Positions 1-9,923 are shown, counted from the stretch's first letter. The stretch: 64,000 nucleotides of DNA from Elusimicrobium minutum (GCA_020723765.1 DYIF01000005.1:713-64712); one strand, 5' to 3'. The notes: generated by a model not told the origin, from the letters alone. Numbers and translations are program-made.

Positions 1-208
1 CGTCTTTAAAAGCTTCTTTTCTTATTCCGTGATTTAAATGGAAAACCGCAAAATCGCGCTTTGCCTTTTTATGGATGTAATGAAGCAAAAGCATGGAATC
101 CGGCCCTCCGGACACGGCAATCAAAATCTTATCCTTATTTGAAATAAGATTATTCTCTTTTATAAATTTGTCTATTTTATTCCATATTTTAAGCGTTATT
201 TTTTTCAT
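1..208 (-). CDS. tilS: tRNA(Ile)-lysidine synthase, N-terminal part (gene runs off left window edge)
   Basis: Hand translation from ATG at 208: MKKITLKIWNKIDKFIKENNLISNKDKILIAVSGGPDSMLLLHYIHKKAKRDFAVFHLNHGIRKEAFKD. It has the PP-loop SGGxDS motif and HLNHG, typical of TilS. It starts 1 nt after the recG stop. Confidence 0.75.
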   Translation of the reverse strand, partial: MKKITLKIWNKIDKFIKENNLISNKDKILIAVSGGPDSMLLLHYIHKKAKRDFAVFHLNHGIRKEAFKD

Positions 209-209
209 A

Positions 210-2285
210 TCAGTTTAAATCTATTATATGCCACTTTTCTCCGTAAAGATCTCTAAGCTCTTTTTTAAGGGCCTGGTTTTCTTTTTTATACATATAAGGG
301 TCTTCTTTCAGTATCTCGTCCCTGTCTTCAAAAACCCAGTTTAATATCTCCCTATCTCTGTATATGGAAGCTATTTTAAACTCCATATCTCCGTGCTGTT
401 TAACCCCCATAACCTCACCAACCCCTCTTATGTAAGCGTCCTTCTCGCTGAGCTCAAACCCGTTGGTCGTTTCGCACATCGCTTTTATTCTTTCTTTCGC
501 TTCATCGTTTTTGGCTTCGGATATTAAAAAACAAACAGACTCTTTTTCGCCTCTTCCTATTCTCCCTCTAAGCTGATGAAGGCTCGCAAGCCCGAATCTT
601 TCGGCGTTTTGTATTATCATAACGTTGGCGTTTGGAACGTCTATCCCGACTTCTATCACTTGAGTTGCGCATAATATGTCTATTTTCCCTTCCGAGAAAT
701 CTCTCATTATTTTTTGTTTCTCGGACGGTTTCATCCTTCCGTAAATCATGGCGGTTTTGTAATCCGAAAATTCTTTATTTATTCTTTCAAATTCCGCTAT
801 CAAAGATTTAATCTCGGTTTTGCTCGATTCGTCTATGATCGGGAAAACTATGTAAGCCTGGCCGCCTTTTTTCAGATAATCTTTTGTTTTTTCGAAAGCC
901 TCTTTTTCGGCGGTTTTAAATGTTTTTATCGGCTTTCTTCCGGGGGGCATATCGGTTAAAATCGAAAGTTCAAGGTCCCCGTATAAAGAGAGAAAAAGGG
1001 TTCTGGGGATGGGGGTTGCAGTCATTATAAGCATATCTACATTCTCCCCTTTTTTTCTTAATGTGGCTCGTTGCCTTACGCCGAACCTATGCTGTTCGTC
1101 TATTACGGCAAGCGCAAGATTTTTAAATTTGATATCGGCCTCTATTAACGAATGAGTTCCTATCAATATGTCCAATTCTCCGTTAGCGATTTTTGAAATA
1201 ATTTCCTCTTTTTTCTTTTTGTGAGTGGAAGAACTCAATATTTCAAATCTTACGTTAAGGGAGGATAAAAACCTTGAAAATGTCATAAAATGCTGTTCGG
1301 CGAGTATCTCCGTCGGAGCCATAAAACAACATTGATAACCGTTTTCCACCGCAAGCAAACAAGCGCTTATCGCCACAACCGTTTTTCCGCTTCCCACATC
1401 CCCCTGTAAAAGCCTGTTCATCGGATAGGGAGAGTTCATGTCCGAAAATATTTCGTTTATCGCTTTTTTTTGTGAAGCCGTAAATTCAAAGCCCATATTG
1501 TTTTTAAAAGGGGTAAGAAGAGTTCTTTTTATTTCATAACTTCTGTTTTTCTTTATCTCTCTCGTTTGTCTTTTTTTAACCGCCCAGGCCATCGCCATCA
1601 AAAACAATTCTTCGTATATAAGCCTTTTTCTCGCGGCGGCCAAAGAATCGAGGTCTTTGGGAAAGTGTATATTTTTTACCGCCGTAACCCTCGGCAAAAG
1701 CCCTCTTTTGGCGATATAATAAGGGTTTATTATTTCGTTTACGTAATCGGCGCAGTCGAGCGCCTTATAAACTATCCCCCTGAAAGTTTTATTGTCCATA
1801 TCGGAAGTAAGAGAATAAACGGGGACTATTCTGTCCGCGTTTATTTTGTAGTTTTCGTCTTCGGGAAAATAAAACTCCTCCACTCCTATTTTAGGGTTAA
1901 AAAAATCTCCGTCGGCTCTTCCGACTATAAATATTTCCTTTCCTTTTTTTATTTTATTTTTAATCGAGGCAAAGACGTCGAAGTTTCGCTTGGCTCTTTT
2001 GAAAAGATTCGATTCTATTTCTTTTCCCTCGGAAGCTACAATTATCTTAAATATCTTAAGCGAAGTGGAGGTGTAAATTTCAAAAAAATCTTTTACGGTT
2101 CCTTTAAAGGAGCTAACATAATCGAAAGAGGGCTCTTTTTTTTCGGCGTTTATTCTTCTGTCCTGGTAGGTTCTCGGGAAATAAAAAAGAAGGTCTTTTA
2201 CGCTATATATGTCGAGTTTTTTTAATATTTCGGCTCTTTTGGGACCTACGCCTTTTACGTATTTTACTTCGGAGGAACAAAGCAT
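210..2285 (-). CDS. recG: ATP-dependent DNA helicase RecG
   Basis: 691-aa ORF. N-terminus VKYVKGVGPKRAEILKKL..YFPRTYQDRR, Walker A GDVGSGKT, DEQHRFG box, motif VI QLRGRIGRG. Confidence 0.95.
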   Translation of the reverse strand: MLCSSEVKYVKGVGPKRAEILKKLDIYSVKDLLFYFPRTYQDRRINAEKKEPSFDYVSSFKGTVKDFFEIYTSTSLKIFKIIVASEGKEIESNLFKRAKRNFDVFASIKNKIKKGKEIFIVGRADGDFFNPKIGVEEFYFPEDENYKINADRIVPVYSLTSDMDNKTFRGIVYKALDCADYVNEIINPYYIAKRGLLPRVTAVKNIHFPKDLDSLAAARKRLIYEELFLMAMAWAVKKRQTREIKKNRSYEIKRTLLTPFKNNMGFEFTASQKKAINEIFSDMNSPYPMNRLLQGDVGSGKTVVAISACLLAVENGYQCCFMAPTEILAEQHFMTFSRFLSSLNVRFEILSSSTHKKKKEEIISKIANGELDILIGTHSLIEADIKFKNLALAVIDEQHRFGVRQRATLRKKGENVDMLIMTATPIPRTLFLSLYGDLELSILTDMPPGRKPIKTFKTAEKEAFEKTKDYLKKGGQAYIVFPIIDESSKTEIKSLIAEFERINKEFSDYKTAMIYGRMKPSEKQKIMRDFSEGKIDILCATQVIEVGIDVPNANVMIIQNAERFGLASLHQLRGRIGRGEKESVCFLISEAKNDEAKERIKAMCETTNGFELSEKDAYIRGVGEVMGVKQHGDMEFKIASIYRDREILNWVFEDRDEILKEDPYMYKKENQALKKELRDLYGEKWHIIDLN

Positions 2286-3539
2286 TTAACCCTGTTTGTT
2301 TATTGAAACCATTATCTTTTCAAGCTCTTTCATCTCCGGTTGTATCTTATAAGCTTTAGGAACCGATTTCTTGGCGGTCTCTATGTCTTTAAGACCGCTT
2401 CCGGTTATCAAAATCAAAACGCTATCTCCTTTATCAACCTTTTTTTCGCTTATAGCTTTTTTAAGGCCGGCGTAAGCGGCTGCCGCGGAAGGTTCGGCGA
2501 ATATTCCGGTGTTGGAAGCAAACTCCTTCATAGCCGAAATAACCTCTTTATCCGAGACGTTGACCGCAAAACCCTCGGATTCTCTTAAAGATATCAAAGC
2601 CCCAAGCCCGTCCCTCGGTATTTTAACCGATATGCTATCGCAAACGGTTTCTCCGCTTACCGGTTCTATGTTGTTTAGCTTCTCTTGGAAAGCTTTGTAT
2701 ACGGCGTTTGAATTTTCCGCTTGAACCGCAACGAGTTTCGGAAGCTTGTCGATAAAACCTATTTTTTTAAACTCCAAAAAACCTTTCCATATTCCGCTTA
2801 TTATATTTCCGTCTCCGACCGGAACAAAAACCTTGTCCGGAACCTCCCACTCCAACTGTTCACAGATTTCAAAAGCCGCGGTTTTCTTGCCTTCTCTGGT
2901 ATAAGGATTATAACCAGTGTTTCGATTATACCATCTGAAATGTTCGCATGCTTTTACGCAAAGGTCGAATGCGTCGTCGTATGTTCCTTTAACCATTATG
3001 ACGGTAGCGCCGAAAACAAGAAGCTGAGTTATTTTTGGAAGCGGAGCTGTCTCTGGGACAAATATTATGTTCTTAACACCCACCGATGCGGATATGCAGG
3101 CAAGTGAAGACGCGGCGTTTCCTGTGGAAGCCGTAGCTATTATCCTTTTATCTTCATCGAGCGTTTCTACGACTCTTTTTACTATAACGGCGCTCGCCCT
3201 ATCTTTAAAAGAAGCGCTCGGGTTTCTGGTATCGTCTTTTATATAAAGTTCGGATATATCCAACTCATCCGCCAACTTCTTATTTTTATAAAGCGGAGTA
3301 TATCCTATTTTAAGCGGCGGAATGTCTTTTAAGTCCTCTATTGGAAGAAGGTCGGAGTATCTCCATATGTCGTAAAACCGATTTTCTTTTAACTCGTCGT
3401 GATTAAACCTTTTTTTTATAAGGTTATAATCGTATATGACCTCGAGATTTCCGCCGCAAGAGTTGCATACATATTTTACTTCCTCTTCTTCGTGTTCCCT
3501 GCCGCAGTTTATGCATTTAAGCATGCTTATTTTTTTCAT
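2286..3539 (-). CDS. thrC: threonine synthase (with N-terminal zinc ribbon)
   Basis: 417-aa ORF. CINCG...CNSCGG zinc ribbon followed by a PLP fold with the SFKDRAS lysine motif and GNAASS. Its stop abuts the recG start. Confidence 0.9.
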   Translation of the reverse strand: MKKISMLKCINCGREHEEEEVKYVCNSCGGNLEVIYDYNLIKKRFNHDELKENRFYDIWRYSDLLPIEDLKDIPPLKIGYTPLYKNKKLADELDISELYIKDDTRNPSASFKDRASAVIVKRVVETLDEDKRIIATASTGNAASSLACISASVGVKNIIFVPETAPLPKITQLLVFGATVIMVKGTYDDAFDLCVKACEHFRWYNRNTGYNPYTREGKKTAAFEICEQLEWEVPDKVFVPVGDGNIISGIWKGFLEFKKIGFIDKLPKLVAVQAENSNAVYKAFQEKLNNIEPVSGETVCDSISVKIPRDGLGALISLRESEGFAVNVSDKEVISAMKEFASNTGIFAEPSAAAAYAGLKKAISEKKVDKGDSVLILITGSGLKDIETAKKSVPKAYKIQPEMKELEKIMVSINKQG

Positions 3540-3564
3540 AAAACCTCATATAAAATATGTCTAA

Positions 3565-4671
3565 CTACGGTATTATCGTTGTGCCTGCTTCGCCTTTAAG
3601 AGTCTGCTCGAAAAGTTCGGTTTTGGTTATATAAGCCTTTGAGCCTCCGTTTTTAATAAATTCTATGCAGGCTTTTACCTTCGGTCCCATGCTTCCGGCC
3701 GGGAAATGTTCTGGCATTTCGTTATACATCTTCTCAAGCTCTCCTACTCTTATAACCCTTATGTCTTTCTGGTCCGGTTTTTGATAGTTTATTTTTATAC
3801 CGTCCTCTCCGGTAAATATGGTAAGAGTAACCTCGAGGTTTTCTCCTCTTTTTTTTGCTCTCGAATATAACATGTTGCCTAAAAGCGCACTGGCAAGGTC
3901 TTTGTCTATAACAGCTTCCACTCCGGTATACATTTTAAGAGGTTTTTGTCCGGGGACATATTTTCTTTTATACTCCACTCCGTAGTTACATTTATAGACC
4001 TCAAAACCGTCTATAATCTCCGGGGCCACCTCTTTCACCGGAACCCCGCCTCCACCTACGGTTATGGGGATTATTCTTTTATCTATCATAGATTCTATGG
4101 CGTCTATCTCGACTATGTCTTTAGGCTTTGGAGAAGGGACCACTCTTCTCCATATCTCGTTTCCTTTATCGTCTTTTTTATAAAGTTTCATTATCCAACC
4201 TTCTTTTATCATCCTCTCTTCCGCCTCTTCTTTCGTGTAAGAAGGACCGATATACTTGGAAGGATTTTTAAAATCCGGGTCATCCGCACCTACCACAACC
4301 TGAGTCACTATTCCGCTTACTATGTTATCTATTCCTCTTATGTTAAGTTCGTTGTTAAACTGAGCTATCATATAAGCCATGGCGCCCTGAGTATCCGCCA
4401 CGCAAACATCCAACGGCAAAGGGAAAAGGAAGTTTCTGGAATACTCGGACCTTAGCAAAACGTTTCCGACCTGCGGGCCGTTGCCGTGAGTCAAGACGTA
4501 ATAATCCTCGGGATGCTTTTCAAATATGTCTGCCACGTTTTTTACGGTCTGGGCGGTCCTTTGCCATTGCATCGGTATATCGGGGTTTATGGTTTTTCCG
4601 TTTTTATCCTTAAGCCCGACCGGAGAAACTTCGTTTCCTCCAAACGCGAAAATCCTTATGGTCTTTGACAT
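3565..4671 (-). CDS. carbamate kinase-like amino-acid kinase family protein
   Basis: 368-aa ORF with IRIFAFGGNE and THGNGPQVGN signatures of carbamate kinases. It is longer than the classical enzyme (about 310 aa as I recall). It lies directly downstream of a carbamoyltransferase gene. Confidence 0.8.
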   Translation of the reverse strand: MSKTIRIFAFGGNEVSPVGLKDKNGKTINPDIPMQWQRTAQTVKNVADIFEKHPEDYYVLTHGNGPQVGNVLLRSEYSRNFLFPLPLDVCVADTQGAMAYMIAQFNNELNIRGIDNIVSGIVTQVVVGADDPDFKNPSKYIGPSYTKEEAEERMIKEGWIMKLYKKDDKGNEIWRRVVPSPKPKDIVEIDAIESMIDKRIIPITVGGGGVPVKEVAPEIIDGFEVYKCNYGVEYKRKYVPGQKPLKMYTGVEAVIDKDLASALLGNMLYSRAKKRGENLEVTLTIFTGEDGIKINYQKPDQKDIRVIRVGELEKMYNEMPEHFPAGSMGPKVKACIEFIKNGGSKAYITKTELFEQTLKGEAGTTIIP

Positions 4672-4710
4672 AAATCCTCCTTAAACGAATACGAACCGTA
4701 GGGCCGGAAT

Positions 4711-5727
4711 TTACGGCCTTCCGCCCATAACAAGCGAAAGTATCGCTTTTACGGTATGAAGCCTGTTCTCCGCCTGATCGAAAACCACGCTCTGAGGCCC
4801 GTCTATGACCGCATCCTCAACCTCCGCGCCTCTATCGGCCGGAAGAGGGTGCATGTATATGGCTTCTTTTCTCGCAAGTTTCATCCTTTCGGCGGTACAT
4901 ACCCAGTCTTTATATTTGTTCAGATACTCCATCCCTATTTTCTTTCTTTCTTCCTCGGGTATGTTTTGCTCGGCCAGGAACTGATGGCATCCCCAGGATT
5001 TGGGATATACCACATGAGCGTCTTTAAAAGCCTCGTCCATATCGTGAATTATTTTAAATTTCGCGCCGGTTTCTTTTGAAAATCTTTCGGCGTCTTCCAC
5101 GGTTCGAGGGATAAGTTTAAATTCTTTCGGATAGGCTAAAGTTACATCGGCGCCAAACCTCGGAAGCAAGGTTATAAGTCCTTGAGGAACCGAAAGAGGC
5201 CTGGCGTAAGCCGGAGCGTAGGTCCATGCTACGGTTACCTTGAGGCCTTTCAAACTATTTGTGGAATACTTTTCCTGTATTGTCATAAGGTCCGCTATCG
5301 ACTGGCAGGGGTGATCCACGTCGCATTGCAAATTCACTACGGGGATATCGGCTTCTTTAGCCACCTCTCTTATGTATTTGTTTCCTATTCCGTAAAAACA
5401 GTTTCTTATGGCTATGCCGTGTCCGTATCTGGAAAGGACTTTCCCGGTGTCTTTCGGAGTTTCTCCGTGAGATATCTGCATCTTATCGGGGGTAAGATCG
5501 TGGGCATGGCCGCCTAACTGGGTCATAGCCGCTTCGGTGGAGTTTCTCGTTCTTGTGGATTGCTCGAAAAACATCATAAAAAGGGTTTTGTCCTGCAAAA
5601 GTCTGTGCTCTTCGCCTAAAGCGAATTTAATTTTAAGATACTTGGAAACCTCCAAAACGGTTTCAAGCTCCTCTTTGGTCCAATCTACCGTCTCTATCCA
5701 GTCTTTTCCTCTTAAAAGTGTTTTCAT
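4711..5727 (-). CDS. carbamoyltransferase of the ATCase/OTCase superfamily, substrate not assigned
   Basis: 338-aa ORF with STRTR, HPCQ, HPLPADRG..E and AENRLH motifs. It has HPLP rather than the OTCase HCLP and no clear SMG motif. Confidence 0.8.
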   Translation of the reverse strand: MKTLLRGKDWIETVDWTKEELETVLEVSKYLKIKFALGEEHRLLQDKTLFMMFFEQSTRTRNSTEAAMTQLGGHAHDLTPDKMQISHGETPKDTGKVLSRYGHGIAIRNCFYGIGNKYIREVAKEADIPVVNLQCDVDHPCQSIADLMTIQEKYSTNSLKGLKVTVAWTYAPAYARPLSVPQGLITLLPRFGADVTLAYPKEFKLIPRTVEDAERFSKETGAKFKIIHDMDEAFKDAHVVYPKSWGCHQFLAEQNIPEEERKKIGMEYLNKYKDWVCTAERMKLARKEAIYMHPLPADRGAEVEDAVIDGPQSVVFDQAENRLHTVKAILSLVMGGRP

Positions 5728-5769
5728 CTATCCTCCTTTTATTTTTAAAAAACGGACTTCTTAAACTTA

Positions 5770-6537
5770 TTATACAAAAAATATTTTTAATGAAAATATG
5801 TTATTTCCTTCGCAAACCGAGATTTTTTTTATCTCGACGTCTTTTTCGAACAAAGGGCTCGATATTACCATGGAATGAACGTCTTGTCTGACTAATACCC
5901 CCCCTTCTCGCTTTATTTCCATTTCTTCGGAGATCCAACTTTTTAAAAACCGCATATCTATACCGGCACCCAAAAAAGACTTAATCTTATCGATATGTTC
6001 TTTGGATTTTTTTTTAATAATGGGCTTAGGAACGGAAACACATATCGATTTTATTCGGTTTTTTAAGGTTTTTTTTATAATGGAAACCGTCGTTTCGTTT
6101 TCAACGACGAAATCGAAATCGGCTTTTTTTTCTTCAAATATTTTTTTAAACATAACATATCTTTTGTATGTTTTGGGGTTTACCGAAATGTCGTCCGAAA
6201 TCCAGGGAACCAAAATTTTAATTTTTTTTATGCCTAAACACAAAGCTCTGGATTTTATAAATTCGAGCATGTCGGACAAGAAAAAACCTCTGTCGTCTTT
6301 AAAAATCTTTCCCCTCTTCCCGCCGAATTTATAGTAACAAACGGGAATCTTCATTAATTTAGAATGAACTTCTATAGTTTTTTTGTCGTAAAGAGAATTA
6401 AAATATTTTTCCCCGTCGGAATGAGGTAAGGGTTCGAAATTAACCAAAAACGGAACTTTATATCCTTTTCTTAAAGCCTTGAAAAGGACATAATGAGAGT
6501 CCTTGCCGCCGCTATAAAACAAAGTCGCAAAGTTCAT
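5770..6537 (-). CDS. PP-loop ATP pyrophosphatase, ATP_bind_4 / MJ0570 (Dph6-like) family, divergent C-terminus
   Basis: The ORF track gives 5770..6564. The probable start is Met10 (6537), giving MNFATLFYSGGKDSHYVLFKALRKGYKVPFLVNFEP with the SGGKDS PP-loop. A clear paralogue lies at 55437..56171. Confidence 0.6.
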   Translation of the reverse strand: MNFATLFYSGGKDSHYVLFKALRKGYKVPFLVNFEPLPHSDGEKYFNSLYDKKTIEVHSKLMKIPVCYYKFGGKRGKIFKDDRGFFLSDMLEFIKSRALCLGIKKIKILVPWISDDISVNPKTYKRYVMFKKIFEEKKADFDFVVENETTVSIIKKTLKNRIKSICVSVPKPIIKKKSKEHIDKIKSFLGAGIDMRFLKSWISEEMEIKREGGVLVRQDVHSMVISSPLFEKDVEIKKISVCEGNNIFSLKIFFV

Positions 6538-6614
6538 ATATGTATTGTATAAAAAATTTGTCAATTTTGTATAATTTATATATGCCGACTTTTGCGTTAT
6601 TAAGGAGGATTAAG

Positions 6615-7139
6615 ATGAAAAAGTTTTTTATGATTATTTCGATATTTTCTTTGGCTTTTTCTTCTTGCGTTAAAAAACAAGTAAAAAAGGATCTTTCGGA
6701 ATCCGAACAGCAGTCGGGATTTAAAACGGAAGCCATATCCACAAAGACTCTTTCCGCCGAAGGTTTAACCGACGAGACCGCGGAAGGGGACGTAAGGAAA
6801 GAAGCTATAATTTCTTTAGACACCATAAACTTCGATTTCGACAAATACGAATTGTCCGAAAACGCCAAGACAACTCTTTCCAAAAACGCCAAAACCATAC
6901 TTGAAAACAAATATACCGTTACCGTAGAAGGTCATTGCGACGAAAGAGGGACAAACCAATACAATCTGTCTTTGGGCCAAAAAAGAGCGAATGTGGTTAA
7001 AGAGTATTACATAAGGTTGGGAGTTCCGGAAAAAAACATAGCCACCATATCTTACGGCGAAGAAAAGCCTTTGTGCTTCGAATCTACCGAGAACTGCTGG
7101 GCTAAAAACAGAAGGGCGGAGACGAAAGTAACAAAATGA
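6615..7139 (+). CDS. pal: peptidoglycan-associated lipoprotein Pal (OmpA-like)
   Basis: The ORF track starts at 6540, but an AAGGAGG Shine-Dalgarno precedes ATG 6615. This gives MKKFFMIISIFSLAFSSC with a lipobox. The OmpA-like C-domain reads FDFDKYEL...GHCDERGTNQYNLSLGQKRA...NRRAE. Confidence 0.85.
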   Translation: MKKFFMIISIFSLAFSSCVKKQVKKDLSESEQQSGFKTEAISTKTLSAEGLTDETAEGDVRKEAIISLDTINFDFDKYELSENAKTTLSKNAKTILENKYTVTVEGHCDERGTNQYNLSLGQKRANVVKEYYIRLGVPEKNIATISYGEEKPLCFESTENCWAKNRRAETKVTK

Positions 7140-7879
7140 GAAAAAATTTAATCGTTATCGGCTCGTTGTTTTTTTCGTCATGCATGGCGACTCAAAAGGA
7201 TATGCTTATACTTCAAAGCCAGATAGACGATTTAAATACAAACATATATACGCTTAAAAAAAATCAAGCGGACCTCTCTCTTAAAATAGAAGATTTAAAC
7301 AGGAATCTAACCGCTTTTTCCGAAAATTCTAAAGATCTCAACATAGAAATAAACAAACTTTCTTCAAAAATAGAAGATATGGGAACCGTTACCGATAAAA
7401 AAATAAATCAATTGGGTAAAGCGGTAAACCAAAAATCGGAAAAAGAAGAGGAGTATTACAGGGAAACCTCGTTTTTTTATAAAGCCTTGTCTTTCTACTC
7501 CTCTCAAAGATACGAGCCGGCGATAGAATCTTTTAAGGAATACATCCTAAAATTTCCGAAAGGGGACAACATAGATCAGGCGTATTTTTACGCCGCGGAA
7601 TCTCTTTTTGAAATTAAAAATTATAAAGAGGCCGCGATATTTTACGCAAAACTGATATCGGGATATCCAAATTTCGCAAAAACCGCATATGTGAGATTGA
7701 AGTACTCCAAGGCTTTATTGGAGTTAAACGACAAAAATAAAATCGACGAGGCGATAACCTATCTTAAGTCCGTGGAAAAAGAATTTCCCAATACCGTAGA
7801 AGCCGTAACCGCGAAAGAAATATTGTCGGAATTAAAAACGCAAAAACCGGCCGGCCAGCTAAAAAATAAAAGAAACTAA
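7136..7879 (+). CDS. cpoB: Tol-Pal system protein CpoB/YbgF-like (coiled coil + TPR)
   Basis: 247 aa. Signal/lipobox LFFSSC, an N-terminal coiled coil, and a TPR-like C-terminal half. ATGA overlap with the pal stop, and it sits between pal and tolB. Confidence 0.65.
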   Translation: MRKNLIVIGSLFFSSCMATQKDMLILQSQIDDLNTNIYTLKKNQADLSLKIEDLNRNLTAFSENSKDLNIEINKLSSKIEDMGTVTDKKINQLGKAVNQKSEKEEEYYRETSFFYKALSFYSSQRYEPAIESFKEYILKFPKGDNIDQAYFYAAESLFEIKNYKEAAIFYAKLISGYPNFAKTAYVRLKYSKALLELNDKNKIDEAITYLKSVEKEFPNTVEAVTAKEILSELKTQKPAGQLKNKRN

Positions 7880-9144
7880 TGGTTCAGTTTTTTATATATC
7901 TATTTTTGTCCGCAAATCTTTATCTTTCCTCTCAAAACACCGAGGTTTATATAGGGATAGAAAAAAATTTTTCCGAAGAAAAAATAATATTGGCTTCCTT
8001 TACTCTCTCTTCCGGCAGTCAAACGACGGAGTCGTTGACTCAAAAATTGAAAGAAATAATAAGAACCGACTTAATGTTTTCGAGATATTTTAAAGTAATA
8101 GAAACGGAAGACGAAATAAAAGCGGAAGAAACGCTTGGTTATCTTTCCAAAACGGCCAGATACACTCTTACCGCCCAAATAAAAGCCGAAGAAAACATAT
8201 CCATAATAACCGCTTTATACGATAACAATCTCAAAGAGCCTATTCTTAAAAAAAGTTATACCTCTTCTTTGGAATCTTTGACGAGAATGGCGCATATGAT
8301 AAGCGACGACATAGTGGAAAAAATTACCGGCAAAAAAGGAATCGCTCACAGCAGAATAACATTTTCAAACGATTCCACGGGATACAAAGAAATATATATG
8401 ATAGACTACGACGGGGAAAACTTATATCAAATGACGAATCACAAAAGCATATCGATAGTCCCCAAATGGTCATCGGACGGAAACAAAATATTCTACACCT
8501 CCTACAGATACGGAAATCCCGACCTTTTCGTAATAGACATGATGGAAGGAAAAATAAAAACTTTTTCAAGATATCAGGGGCTGAATATAGCCGGCGGTTT
8601 TTCCCCGGACGGGAACGAAATGGCTATCACTCTATCGAGAGGAAAGGATCCTTCCATATACATAGTAAATCTCGTTACGAAAGAGGTGAAAAAATTATTG
8701 GATAACTTCGGGATATGCGCTTCCCCCACATACTCGCCGGACGGTAAAGAGATAGCTTTCGTAAGCGACAGGCCCGGAAATCCTCAGTTATACATATATA
8801 ATTTAGAAACGAAGAATTATAGGAAAATAACCAACTTTTACTGGGTAGACTCTCCAAACTGGTCGGAAAACGGAAAATGGATAGTTTTTTCGGGAAGAGA
8901 GACAAAAAGCGAAAGATTAAATATTTTCATTACCGACCCGACGACAAGCATGATACACAGGCTTACGAGAAACGAAGGAGATAACGAAGACCCTTCTTTT
9001 TCTCCGGACTCGAGATTCATAGTTTTTACTTCCACAAGAAACAAAAAAAGACAGATATTCGTAATGGACTTGGACGGCTCGGCCCCGCGTTTATTATCCG
9101 ATAAAATAAAAGGGAACTCCTATACGCCGATGTGGAGCAGATAA
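7879..9144 (+). CDS. tolB: TolB-like periplasmic beta-propeller protein
   Basis: 421 aa with a signal peptide. Repeated propeller-blade motifs: FSPDGNEMAITLSR, YSPDGKEIAFVSDRPGNPQLY, FSPDSRFIVFTS. TAATG overlap with the cpoB stop. Confidence 0.8.
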   Translation: MVQFFIYLFLSANLYLSSQNTEVYIGIEKNFSEEKIILASFTLSSGSQTTESLTQKLKEIIRTDLMFSRYFKVIETEDEIKAEETLGYLSKTARYTLTAQIKAEENISIITALYDNNLKEPILKKSYTSSLESLTRMAHMISDDIVEKITGKKGIAHSRITFSNDSTGYKEIYMIDYDGENLYQMTNHKSISIVPKWSSDGNKIFYTSYRYGNPDLFVIDMMEGKIKTFSRYQGLNIAGGFSPDGNEMAITLSRGKDPSIYIVNLVTKEVKKLLDNFGICASPTYSPDGKEIAFVSDRPGNPQLYIYNLETKNYRKITNFYWVDSPNWSENGKWIVFSGRETKSERLNIFITDPTTSMIHRLTRNEGDNEDPSFSPDSRFIVFTSTRNKKRQIFVMDLDGSAPRLLSDKIKGNSYTPMWSR

Positions 9145-9341
9145 AAATATTTTTAAGCGGTTTTATAATACAAAACCTAAAATTTACTTGCCCCAAAAAA
9201 CATCATTAAAAATACGATTCGGTTTTTAAAAATTTCAAATTATTCTCTAATTCTGCAGAATATTGGAATATTATGATTTAAAAAGAAGGATTTCTAAAAG
9301 AGATTTTTTTACGCAAACGATATTTTGATTTTTCTTGTTAT

Positions 9342-9923
9342 TTATTTTTTCGAAGCGGCGAGATCCGGATTAAAACACTTCCTGCACCGTGCTTCGTATT
9401 TATCGGAAGCCCCAACTTCTATTCTGGATTCACTTTCCACAAGCTTTTGAGAATAATGAGCGGGATTTCCGCAGACCATGCAAATGGCAAGATTTTTCGT
9501 GACATATTCCGCTACGGCCATAAGTTTAGCCATATTGTTAAAAGGTTTTCCCCTCCAGTCCATATCAAGACCCGCTATTATTACTCTCTTCCCTTCGTTT
9601 GCCAATTTATTGGCTACATCCAGTATGTCGTCGTCGAAAAAATGAGCTTCGTCTATCCCCACAACCTGGGTATCCTTCTCGACCTTCTTTATTATTTCCT
9701 TTGCGGACTTGACCGGCTGAGCTTTTAGCATGCTTTTATCGTGAGATACTATATGTTCTTTCGCGTATCTCGTGTCCAGATAAGAATTGAAAATCTGAAC
9801 TTTTTGTTTGGCTATGGTGGCAAGCCTCAGTCTTCTTATAAGTTCCTGAGTTTTACCGGAAAACATGCTTCCGCATATTACTTCTATGGAACCCCTGTTA
9901 TTGATATTGGATATATGAATCAT
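9342..9923 (-). CDS. tdk: thymidine kinase
   Basis: 193 aa. P-loop GSMFSGKT, IDEAHFF, and C-terminal Zn-binding CMVCG...CRKC. Confidence 0.95.
   Translation of the reverse strand: MIHISNINNRGSIEVICGSMFSGKTQELIRRLRLATIAKQKVQIFNSYLDTRYAKEHIVSHDKSMLKAQPVKSAKEIIKKVEKDTQVVGIDEAHFFDDDILDVANKLANEGKRVIIAGLDMDWRGKPFNNMAKLMAVAEYVTKNLAICMVCGNPAHYSQKLVESESRIEVGASDKYEARCRKCFNPDLAASKK

Noticed and set aside
9159-9177. GGTTTT-ATAATAC-AAAACC hairpin after tolB as a bidirectional terminator
   Set aside because: The stem is only 6 bp and AT-rich, with no convincing U-run. This is too weak to report as a feature.
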